Positions 1-10,255 of a DNA stretch of 64,000 bases are shown in pieces (position 1 is the stretch's first letter; each line of letters opens with the position of its first letter). Origin of the DNA: Podarcis muralis (lineage: Eukaryota). The stretch covers positions 113,708,001 to 113,772,000 of the forward strand of contig NC_135655.1 in the NCBI RefSeq assembly GCF_964188315.1. Reading direction: 5' to 3'. Position numbers and translations under genes: made by a program. The notes beneath the pieces were generated by a model. It saw only the letters and a list, made by a program, of their open reading frames with translations. It did no database searches and was not told the origin of the DNA.

Positions 1-1307
1 GAACGCTGTATCCTTCGTTAGCGATTCCCATAATGACGTATGTGCGGGTTGCAAGGGAACACGGCAGTACAGTACTATTGCAAGATAAAAACACCTCCTG
101 CCAATCCTAAACCGCGAATCTTATAGACCCCACCTCCACGCCCGCTGTTTCATCGTCTTTTACTTGAAATTATGGTTAGAATTACTGCCTTGCTTAGAAG
201 GGCATTGCTATTAAAAATAAGCAGGCTCCACTTTAGTCTTTAGAAGATGAGTGTACGCTCAAGGCTGTTATGTTTCAGAAACCGAAGCGTGCTCTTTAGA
301 AATCTGTATCGACTGCTTTACTCCAAATAAATATTTTAAGGAAAAGGAGCCGTAGTTTGTTTTAATTATTTTTTTATGAGGAACATATGCACGAAAGTCA
401 CATTCTCGAACAATAGGACACGTGGTCGCTAATACACAAGCGCACGCGAGAAACGTCTCCCCCCAATCTCCCGCATAGTCCCATGACAATCGATAGCTGA
501 CCGGCGGCACCTCTCCCAGAGTTTGCATTTCTTAATGGCAGACCTCGAATGCCTTGAGATTTCCTTTCTGGAGCCATTAACCCAATAACACCGTGGCGCA
601 ACTATCCCTCGCGCTACTGATGCTCATGGGGGGGGGGGGGATTTGCACCTCACAGCTTCGCGCATCATCTGCTTGCTTCGGCCACTGCCCCCCCCCCCCA
701 TAAACTCCTTCATTCACTCGCTGCTCCCGCTCCGAAGAGGCTCGAGCGTCGACGTGATCGCCTCTGGAAAGAGAGGATGCTCCGGCTACGGGCTGCCTCT
801 CCCGGCCGCCGCCTCCTCCTCCTCCTCCGCTCACGCGTCCTCCCTCCCCGCCCCGCCTTCTTAGTGGTCGGCCGGCTGGGTTACGCAGGAGCCGCCGCCA
901 GCAGGAGCAGCAGTTAGCAGAGAGCTTTGACGCGCATCTCCAGAGAAGCAGCAGCAGCCCGTTGCAAGTAACCGGGAGCGAAAGGACGCGGAAGCCACCT
1001 GGACGGGAGAAGAGGGCAAGGACGACGACGGGGCGCCGGGGAACGACGGAGGGGGCGAAGGGAAAAGGCGAGGAGCCCGGGGGAAGGAAGGGCACAGAAA
1101 GCCGGGACTTGGCCCGGGCTCGGAAGCGGATGGATCCGTTTGCTCGCTCGCTGCAAGAGAGGGCGGGAAAGCCCGGGCAGCTCCTGCTCCCCCACGTGCC
1201 GAACGGCTTGTAATCCGCCTTGGGTTTCTTCTCCGAGCGCGCCAGTCGCTAGCAAGCAGCAAGGGCGGCGGCGGCGGCTCGCTGCCGCTTTTCTTCCGCG
1301 CTTCAGC

Positions 1308-1316
1308 ATGAAGTAA
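1308..1316 (+). promoter_or_regulatory. Minimal upstream ORF (ATG AAG TAA)
   Basis: ATG at 1308 with A at -3 and stop TAA at 1314-1316, 61 nt before the main ATG. Functional only if it lies inside the transcript. Confidence 0.4.
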
Positions 1317-1377
1317 CGAGGACGGCAAAGTTTGGCGCGCAGTGGCGGCGGCGCGCCTTCGAGGTGACGAGGCCGCC

Positions 1378-2199
1378 ATGTCGGCCCCCGCCGGCTTGGA
1401 CTTCGCGGCGGTGGAAAGTTTCCTGGACAGGCACCCGGAGCTGGTGGAGAAGTGGCTGAAGAGGAGGAGCTCCCTCCTCGCCCAAGCGGCTCCCGAGGCG
1501 GAGGAGCGGCCGGGCCACAGCAGCAACGGCACCCCGACGGCGCTGGCCGGCCCCGGCTCCTCTTTGGCGAAGGGCGGCGGCGGCCCCGTGGCCCCTCCGG
1601 AGACGGCGGCCGGCGGCCTGCAGCGCCGAGCGTCGCAGAAGGAGCTCCGGCGCAGTTTCGCGCGCTCCAAGGCCATCCACGTGAACCTGACTTACGACGA
1701 GCACGTCCACGCGCGGGCGCAGGAGCCGCTGAGCAGCGCGCGGAGAAGGGCGCTGCTGAGGAAAGCCAGCTCGCTGCCGCCCACCACGGCGCACATCCTG
1801 AGCGCGCTGCTGGAGTCCCGGGTGAACCTGCCGCAATACCCGCCCACCGCCCTGGACTACAAGCGCCACCTCAAGGAGCACAACGAGCGGCAGTTCTTCC
1901 TGGAGCTGGTCAAGGACATCTCCAACGACCTGGACCTGGGCGCCCTCAGCTACAAGATCCTCATCTTCGTGTGCCTCATGGTGGACGCCGACCGGGGCTC
2001 GCTCTTCCTGGTCGAAGGCGGCGCCGCCGCCGGCAAGAAGAGCCTGGTCTCCAAGGTCTTCGACGTGCACGCCGGCACCCCGCTGCTGCCTTGCTACAGC
2101 ACCGAGAACTCCAACGAGGTGCAGGTGCCCTGGGGCAAAGGGATCATCGGCTACGTGGCCGAGCACGGAGAGACCGTCAACATCCCCGACGCCTACCAG
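1378..2199 (+). CDS. PDE11A: PDE11A coding exon 1 (PDE11A4-type N-terminus and first part of GAF-A)
   Basis: GCCGCCATG Kozak start. Translation MSAPAGLDFAAVESFLDRHPEL...LQRRASQKELRRSFARSKAIHV...LRKASSLPPTTAHILSALLESRVNLP...FFLELVKDISNDLDL...EVQVPWGKGIIGYVAEHGETVNIPDAYQ matches PDE11A as I recall it. PKA-type motifs RRAS (Ser 1633-1635) and RKAS (Ser 1768-1770) are retained. 822 nt, donor CAG|GTAGGG, phase 0. Confidence 0.97.
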
Positions 2200-4399
2200 G
2201 TAGGGAAGGGGCCGGGCGCGCGCGCTTGGGGTTCTGCTGCTCGCCTTTCTGCACCCGAGGCGGCTTATGCTACAGCAGCCGTGCAAAGGCGAGCTCTCGC
2301 TGTCGTAGTAGTGAAACGGGAACAAATGCACTGGTGCACAGCACCAAGCTCTAAAGCTGATTGGTGAAACACTCAGGTATATTGTGCACACACATACCTG
2401 AAACCAACTTAATAAATGCTCGTTTCAGCAGCATGGGACCATTCAAGACCTTTGCTTGCTCTCCAAAGCCAGGGCAGAGGTGGGGAACCCAAATATTGTT
2501 GGGCAGCATCGATAATCATCTGTGATGGTGGTCTGTTGGGGGTAGGAGGAGCCCAGCATCATGGGGGGCAGGTAGGGGTTCCTCACCTCTGGCTTAGAGG
2601 ATTCATATGGGGGGGGGGTCATGTGTAAGTTCCTTTTAAAAATACCACACAAGTAGTCAGCTGTACATTGCAGTTACTGTACTTGTTTAAGTTCAGTGTT
2701 GGTGTACTGAGTGGTCTCAGGAATGGACTTCAAGCAGGTGTGGGCTTGGCTTCTCTCCACACATTTATTAGCTGGCAAGGGGTCGGGTGGGGTGAATTGT
2801 AAGGTTTTTAGTGGTTAGCATGGCCGTCAATGCCATGGATGGCACATTGTTTCTTCTCCACTCATTAACTGTTTCTTGTGCTTCAGTATTAAATATTCTC
2901 TCTGTGTAGTACAGTACAGTTATCTGTAAAATCAAAGGTCACTGGGTGGCTTTGAGAAAGTCCCTTGTCCTCACTTGCCTTGCTTAATTTGGCAGAGTTG
3001 TGAGACTTGAGTTCAGTCCTAGACATACCTTCTCAGAAGTAACTCTCGCTGAGTTCCATGAGGTTTACTTCCAGAGAAAGTGGTGGTTATAGGTTGCACC
3101 CTAAAATACGTCTCTAATGTTCTCAGAGGAAGGAGAGGACACAGTCGTAGCAGGTAAACACACCATTCATTGCCTGAGCTGGCAAAATACTTTTTAATTT
3201 CAGAATCTTATTTGAACCAAATGCTTAGTGCGCCCCTCATCAAATTCTTAGGAAGCACCATCAAGTTCTTAGATGGATGAGTACCTGAAATTTGTCTCCT
3301 ACTTCGTCTAGGTCACAATTTTGTATGCTGTGATTCTTTCACACAAATCAACTTTGTGGTGGTGTAGATCAAGTCATAGTTTGGTTTTGTTATGAATAAT
3401 TCAGCTTAGCATGAATTAACCCAAACTGAAAAAAAGCACTTGGCTACATGTATTTTATGACTCTTCCCTTATGGGACTTTTGATCCGTGTTAGGGTTACT
3501 TCTTAAGTTTTATACTGAAGCTCATACCTGAAAGTATACAGGGTGTATACATGGGAGCATGTCAGTTAAAACTTATACATGTCCCTTCAAAATATACATG
3601 TGCAACTCACACAGTATGTATATATTTTGCACTTGGTTGTCTTAATACTGTGTATGGAACATAAAAAAGTAGCTGCTTAGTGATTGACACTTGGGAGCCT
3701 GGTGATAGTAGTTACTTCAGATTAATTAATTGGAGTAAAAGTGAGATCTTGTGTATGTGGCCATAATTGGTGTTGCCATAATTCTTTATTTTAAACACAC
3801 TTTAAGAGTGTGATATAAAATGGTTACTGTTTAGAATGGCTCATTCAACATACTGGGACTTGAGTTGCAGTTTGTAGTGTGCTCTGGACAAATCTTAGGT
3901 AAAATGGACAAATATCAAAACAGTTCAATAAATAACCCCTAGGCCAGTAGCCATTGCCATGTTTTTGTGGTAGTGAGATCCATAAATGAATTGCCGTATA
4001 TGTTGTGCAAAGGATTTTATACTCTACCATATTCCCCTTTTGTCTTCTTTCTCCGTGCCTAAACAAAAAACACAACTCTGCTTGCTTTGTCTTTTCCTCA
4101 TAGGAAATAGCTTCCACCCCGCAATAATTTTTACTGCCTTTTCTATCCTATCTGAGATGGAGGCAACCAGAGGTTTGTATTATCTTCCATCATAGATTTA
4201 TAAAGGTGTAACAAGCACTAGCTGTTTCATTCTCAACGGCTTGCCTAATAATTCCCAGCGTGGAATTTTCCTTTTGCTCTGAGTTTTCACTCAGCTATCT
4301 TTGCACCACGACTTACCCCAAAGTATAGATTTTTGTTAGCCTCCTCTAGTTCGGAACCTTTAGCATATATGTTTTGCACAATTGTGTATTTCCAATCTC

Positions 4400-4760
4400 C
4401 CCCTTCACCCACTATTTACAGATCCTTTTAAGCTCTCCACAGTCTACTTGAGCTCTCACCACCATTCTGAACAATTTGACCCAGAAATTTTATGTCCTCT
4501 CTGCCTCCAGATCATTGATAAATAAAAAAACCGAGTCTCAGTAGAGACCCTTGGGGAATTCTACACTTCCCCCACTGCAATTTGAGAGCTTTCCGTTTGG
4601 TCCTGTGCTCTGCTGCTTGCTGTTTAGAAGTTACTAATCCATAAAATGACCTGTTCTTGGAAGGCATGAATTCTAAGTTTGCTTACTTCTTGTAAGCAAT
4701 TCTTTAACTTTCTCTAGCAAATAGTTTAAGTGAATCATAAGGTAAAATCATCAATCCTCA
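4400..4760 (-). mobile_element. Old CR1-type LINE fragment
   Basis: Resembles the antisense strand of CR1 RT-coding DNA (agacccttggggaattctacac..., agttactaatccat). Heavily decayed; boundaries approximate. Confidence 0.4.
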
Positions 4761-5827
4761 TACAATGTTCCTCATTTTAGATACAAATCTATAAGGATAG
4801 TTGCAGAGCGTTTTTTTTTTAATGAAGGTACTCCATGTCATGGAGTATTGTCGCCTCTTTTTTCTGCCCATGGCAGCTATTTTGTGTTGGCATCCATGTC
4901 CCTGCACCTCTTTTTTTATAAGCAAAAAAAGCACAGGATAATTGCAATTTATTTGGTACCTTGTTACCCTGTGAAATCACTGATATGGTGTAAGTTATCT
5001 CTGCCAGATAAAATGAATTGATTTGGGGAAAGTGATATAAAAGTAAACTCTTTTGTTTATTGAGTTTTAGACATGTTCATTGTAAAAAATCTGGGGGGGG
5101 GGTACCCTCCCCTGCAAGACATTTCATTTGGACACAGAGAGAACAGATGGAGTGTGAAATACTCAGGACTAAGAACTGGGGCGAGATGCAATATTCATTA
5201 AATCTGTTCAGTATCGTATTCATTCTTTGCAAGTACAGCCCTTAGGTATTGGCGCATCTTCTAGTGTAGCTGGGTCACTGGTACGGAGTCTGGGTCAGAC
5301 GATTGAAGAAGATTTCCCTCCTCTATTTCCAGATCTAAAGCAAGACTCATCTCTCACAAAGGATTCATCAGACTTCAAGGCAGGGGTGAAAAAACATTTT
5401 CAAACTGAGGGTTCAGGTGTATTGAAAAGCGGGGGGGGGGGGGCATATCCCAATAGTGGAAGAGGCCAGACATGCACAATCACAGAGGCCCTTGATACAT
5501 CGCCCACTTCTCTTGCTTTCTCAACAGCCACCAATTCCATCCAGCCAACAGTCTGAAGTTTTGTTTTCTTCACTCTCCTGCATACAAAGTGCATCAGATT
5601 TCTGTTGTCATTTTTCTGGGTTGTTGGCTTCCAATAGCTCTCCTTGCTGTTGTCATGAGTCCCATGGAGATGTCCCAGAGGTGATGGTCTGATCCAGTGG
5701 AGAAATGGGAGGTGGCTGGGCAGTTGGAGCTGCACATCCCTGGGGAAGTTCCTAGTGGGATGGGGGAAGGTGAAATTGGGACCCCTAAGAAGTTTCTAAG
5801 CCCAAGGAGGGGGGCAACAGTCTAGAA

Positions 5828-6070
5828 CAGCCTTTTCTAACCTTGGATCTCCAGATGTTCCTGAACTGTGACTCCCATAATCGGTGCTGGCCATGATGGC
5901 TACAAATGATGGGAGTTGTAGTCCCATCTGCTCACTGATAGGAGGCGGCGGCACTGGAGGCAAATCCACAACAGGAGGTATCTGGCTAGGAGTGTCTGCA
6001 TTCTTTCCCTCCATCCAGCTCTCCACTCTTTATACCAGCCTTTCTCAACCTTGAGTCCCCAGATGTTGTT
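5828..6070. mobile_element. hAT-type palindromic MITE, split by a small inversion
   Basis: Left end cagccttttctaaccttggatctccagatgtt (5828) preceded by gtctagaa, core gatgggagttgtagtcc. The second terminus cagcctttctcaaccttgagtccccagatgttgtt (6036-6070) lies in direct rather than inverted orientation. Confidence 0.55.
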
Positions 6071-6534
6071 GATTTGCCTCCAGTGCCGCCATCTCCTATC
6101 AGTGAGGAGTCCCCACCCCCAAAGTGACCAATAGTAAATTGGCTGCTGACTTGGCACCTACACTGCCCATGTCTCTCAAAAGCACAGGGATGAAGTTTGC
6201 ATAAACTTCACAGTTCCTGCCCGTTTGTGAGCCCCAGTCCTGGGATACAAAGAGGAGTCTTGGACAAGTCGTAAAAACAGTAATGCTTAATTTCTAAAGT
6301 CAAACAAGCTTGAGGCCCCAAACTTCCAAGTTAGCCCAGTCTCAAGTTGCCTTCTTTGTAATGGTAACTTCTTGTTGTTCAGGGCTGAATCCTGCCACTT
6401 GTGGAAGCAACCAGGTTCCTGGCAGTAGCAGCCATTCCTTTGTTTCTATAGCATCATATCCCCTCTTGCCCTGCGGGCTGCTTCAACCCTCTTTACCGCA
6501 CCCACTGCCCTTTTATGCAGGGATGAGCACAATT

Positions 6535-6965
6535 CAGTGGTACCTCGGGTTAAGAACTTAATTCGTTCCAACAAGCAAATGTAAGATAAAGAAATGGAAT
6601 ATTGGATGTGTGGGGTTTTTTTTGCTGTATTGTTGTATTGGTTTTTATGTATTTTTTTTCTTCCTTTTTTCTATTTTTATGTATTGTAATGTATATTTTG
6701 TTAAATCTTGTGGTTGTTTTCTTTTCTTCTTCTTTTCTGTAATCTTTAAACTTCTAATAAATATCATTAAAAAAAAAAAGAACTTAATTCGTTCCAGAGG
6801 TCCGTTCTTAACCTGAAACGGTTCTTAACCTGAAGCATGCTTTTGCTAATGGGGCCTTCTGCTGCCGCTGCGCCGTTCTTATCCTGGGGCAAAGTTCTTA
6901 ACCTGGAGCAACCACTTCCTGGTTAGCGGAGTTTGTAACCCGAAGCGTCTGTAACCAGAGGTACC
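6535..6965. mobile_element. Tc1/mariner-type MITE, family B (cagtggtacctcgggttaagaac), interrupted by an L1-like 3' end
   Basis: Same terminal and internal sequence as the copies at 12450, 15727 and 18855. Right TIR truncated after gaggtacc. Confidence 0.75.
6571..6777 (+). mobile_element. 5'-truncated poly(A) retrotransposon 3' end (L1-like)
   Basis: 19-bp TSD aagaacttaattcgttcca (6552-6570 and 6778-6796), T-rich body, AATAAA at 6756-6761, poly(A) tail, target TT/AAGA. Confidence 0.75.
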
Positions 6966-7562
6966 TTTTGTTTCTCCTTTTGAGACGTGCTCTTTTGATG
7001 GCACAGGTGTAGTGAATCCCACAGAATGCAGGGGATCAGAGGCCTTTTGCTTTGACAACTTGAATGCTCTTTCAAATATCTTTGTATCCTGTTATTTCAG
7101 ATAAATCCTTTTCCTAGGCAAGCTATTCCAGTTCTTCCAGTCCTGTTCTTCATTGTTTTTCTCTGAAATCCTTGGGGGGGAAAAGCAGTTAGTCTTGAAC
7201 ACATAGTAATACCCCCCCCGTGAGGTAAACACGCGCTTCAAACAGTGTTGCACATTCTACTTCACTTGAGGGCCAGTTATTGATTTTCAGCCCAGCATTA
7301 CTATTTCCCTTTCTCCATTCTTCATACATCCTTGACGGCATCTGCCTGCCACATTGATGGATAACATTAAGCTCAAGGCTCTGTGAAGCGCATGATGCAC
7401 CAGCATAATGCCGCACGAGGCATAATAAGTAAGGAGAAAGATGATTGATTATTTAATTTCTATACCGCTTAATATATTTTTAAAAATCTCTAAATGTTGC
7501 ACAGAAAACTGAAGCAACAACAGAAAACTTAAATAAAAATATTGCAAACATGCAGTTGCATA

Positions 7563-7916
7563 CAGTGGTACCTCGCAAGACGAATGCCTCGCAAGACGGA
7601 AAACTCGCAAGATGAAAGGGTTTTTGGTTTTTTGAGTTGCTTCGCAAGACGATTTTCCCTATGGGCTTGCTTCGCAAGACGGAAACGTCTTGAAAGTTTG
7701 TTTCCTTTTTCTTAAAACTGTTAATACAGTTGCGACTTGACTTCGAGGAGCAACTCATAGCGCGTGGTGTGGTAGCCTTTTTTGAGGTTTTTGAAGACTT
7801 TGGTGATTTTTGAAGCTTTTCCAAAACTTTTCCGACACCGTGCTTCGCAAGACGAAAAAATCGCAAGACGAAAAAACTCGCGGAACGAATTAATTTCGTC
7901 TTGCGAGGCACCACTG
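7563..7916. mobile_element. Tc1/mariner-type MITE, family A (cagtggtacctcgcaagacg)
   Basis: TIRs cagtggtacctcgcaagacgaa / ttcgtcttgcgaggcaccactg, TA TSD on both sides (7561-62, 7917-18), repeated cgcaagacg sub-terminal motifs. Confidence 0.88.
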
Positions 7917-8985
7917 TATTAATAAGTTACATGAATACAAAGTTTTATCTATCTCAATACCAATTCATTTTCCTTCTAACAAACACCATCAGTCTCAGTT
8001 TTTCCACCTAGGACCCCACAAACTCTCTGCTCACCCGCAAAATTCTCACAACAAGAAGTGTTCGTGGAAAGAGCAGGTGTCACCCTAGTTTTACACTCTA
8101 GACTTGTTTTTTTATGGCAGGACCAAGGTGGATGGTACGTCCCCAGGCTGCCCACAGCTGTGTCCCATTCAGTCGCACTCTCCACACCTAGTTCCAGGTA
8201 CAACAGGTTTGTTGAGTTTCCCACTGGGTCCAAAGGATGGGGAAAGTGCCCACAGCTCTCCACCTTCTGTCCTTTCCTCTTCCTCCAGCTGGTTTCTCTT
8301 GGGTGGCAAGAAAAAGCATGTGAAGATCCAGTGTTGAGAAGAGAAGCTGCCACAGCAGAGCAAACTTTATTAATTGTATAAATTACATTGCTTCTCCTCT
8401 CAATTATCATTTACAACTTCTTTAAAGAAGCACAAGGTGGATGAAGAGTGGCGAACAAACGAGGTGTTTGTTTTTGATGGTATAACTCTGAATACTTACT
8501 CTGTTTAGCAAGATCCTGGGTCCAATTTGCCAGGCACATTTTGTACCTGGCTATCAGTCACGTGCAACCAAGTGAAGATGCCGAGGCGCCAAGATGGCAG
8601 CTGACGTCCCTACTATCTGGAGGTGCATGCCTGGAGATCCTTGGCTCTTCACCGTTTTCACACACATCCCGTAGAATTCTACCAGTTACCTTTTATCTGC
8701 ACAATCAGAATGAATTTCAAGGAACCAAAAAGTCTTATTGAAAAACATGACTTGAAGCATCTGGCCCAAAAAATGGCCGCTAGGCATTTCGTTTTGGTGA
8801 CTGTAACCCTGTTTAAGGAGCCATCTGGCGCCTAGCTTATATATCTTTATTTTGGTGAAATTGTGTCTATAAATTTTATTCCATTTATTTCCATTTACTA
8901 TTTATTATGCTAATCTTAATGGACTATAGCCAGCACTAGGCCTATTGAGATAGACCTGTTGAAACTGTTAGGCATGACTTACTTA

Positions 8986-9214
8986 AAGGTAAAGGTACTC
9001 CTGACTGTTAGGTCCAGTTGCGGATGACTGGGGTTGCGCGCTCATCTCGCTCTATAGGCCGAGGGAGCCAGCTTCTAGGTCATGTGGCCAGCATGACTAA
9101 GGCGCTTCTGGCGAACCAGAGCAGCGCACGTAAATACTGTTTACCTTCCCGCCGGTGCGGTACCTATTTATCTACTTGTACTTGACGTGCTTTCGAACTG
9201 CTAGGTGGGCAGGA
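8986..9214 (-). mobile_element. Sauria SINE, 5'-truncated
   Basis: Tail aaaggtaaagg and body matching the other copies. 14-bp TSD gcatgacttactta (8972-8985, 9215-9228). Confidence 0.9.
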
Positions 9215-9899
9215 GCATGACTTACTTAGGGACATTTAATTAAATGGAACAACCCCTACTCGTGACACACACAACGAAACCTGCCAACAGCAACCTACCA
9301 GTCACAAGAATACAGCAATACCCTTGGCTGTGTGAACCCAGCAAATGCTCCCTTCACTGGCATGTATCACAAATCTCCTTTTTATCACAAATCCACAGCC
9401 TGCAAAAAGCAAACAAGCGAGATACAAAGGGGGTTTGCTCTTCCCTCTTGCTGTGTTCTTGTATACTGTCGCTGTTTAAAATACAATAGAAAACATTGTT
9501 GACAAATGTAAAAGTCTGGCAAAGCACCCAGCCAGTTTTGCAGCTTAGCTAGGCAGACGTGAATAGAGAATTCCTGGAGGAAAGCTTTGCTTCCTGGTAG
9601 GAGAATAATGCCTTTGTGAGAGGTATGAGGTTTTGCCAAGGAGAAGTTGAAATAGAAGCCGCAAATGCTACCATTTATATTAAGAAGTAAGGCTGGGAAC
9701 CTCCCCAATAGCTCATTTGGGGGTGGAGGGGAGACACTGATACACAAAACTGGCAAAAGAGATTAAACCCCTGCCTGGTTTTCTGGGGAGGGAAGAGGAG
9801 TTGATTCAAAACCCATACTTTGCTTACCCAACCAGCAACAATATTTTGGCTCCTTTTTTAGAAGCCCCAGTTGATTTGAAAGATGTATAATGAAGGTGT

Positions 9900-10255
9900 C
9901 GGCCGAACCTCCCCAGGGAGAGCATTCCACAAATAGGGAGCCACTGCAGAAAAGGCCTGTTTCTGTGGTTCCACCTTCCAGGCCTCTTGTGGAGGAGGCA
10001 CGCAATAGAAGGGTCTCAGATGATGATCTCATGGTCCGGGTTAAGTCCATCCAAAGAGAGGCGCTCCTTGAGGTATTGTGTTCCTGAGCCTTTTAAGGCT
10101 TCATAAGTCAAAAACAGCACTTTGAACTGGGCCCAGGAACTAATTGGCAGCCAGTGCTTTTGGGCCAGGATTGGTGCTCAAACCGTCTTGCCCTGGTGAG
10201 CAACCTGACAGCTGAATTCTGCAGCAGCTGAAGTTTCCGAACCATCTTCAACACC
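9900..10255 (-). mobile_element. L2-type LINE 3' fragment
   Basis: Same antisense motif order as the L2 at 29225-30046 (gagcattccac..gaaaaggcc..agcactttgaactgggc..ggcagccagtg..attctgcagcagctgaagtttcc). Confidence 0.6.

Larger units (their letters stand above)
600..2300. promoter_or_regulatory. CpG-island-like promoter / 5' UTR / first exon of PDE11A
   Basis: Very high GC and CpG density (GCG/CGG/GCC runs) from about 600 to 2300, against AT-rich CpG-poor DNA after about 2400. It spans the first coding exon. The TSS cannot be placed from sequence; boundaries are approximate. Confidence 0.7.

Noticed and set aside
34-40. CRE/ATF-like TGACGTA upstream of the gene
   Set aside because: Attractive for cAMP feedback, but a single imperfect 7-mer far from an unknown TSS is not evidence.
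1-1377. PDE11A3-type upstream coding exons or a head-to-head neighbouring gene
   Set aside because: No translation resembling them in any frame. If present they lie outside the window.
577-2391. Long ORFs antisense or out of frame to exon 1 (1303-2391 -, 861-1676 -, 577-1095 -, 1452-2354 +)
   Set aside because: Shadow ORFs expected in very GC-rich DNA overlapping a real coding exon. Low-complexity translations with no recognisable domain.
7563-7916. Regularly recurring cgcaagacg motifs resembling a CRISPR or other spacer array
   Set aside because: They are sub-terminal repeats of a TIR/TA-flanked MITE present three times. Spacing is irregular and the context is a vertebrate intron.
7976-8410. 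Overlapping 100-144 aa ORFs
   Set aside because: No recognisable motif or convincing splice frame. Consistent with chance ORFs.
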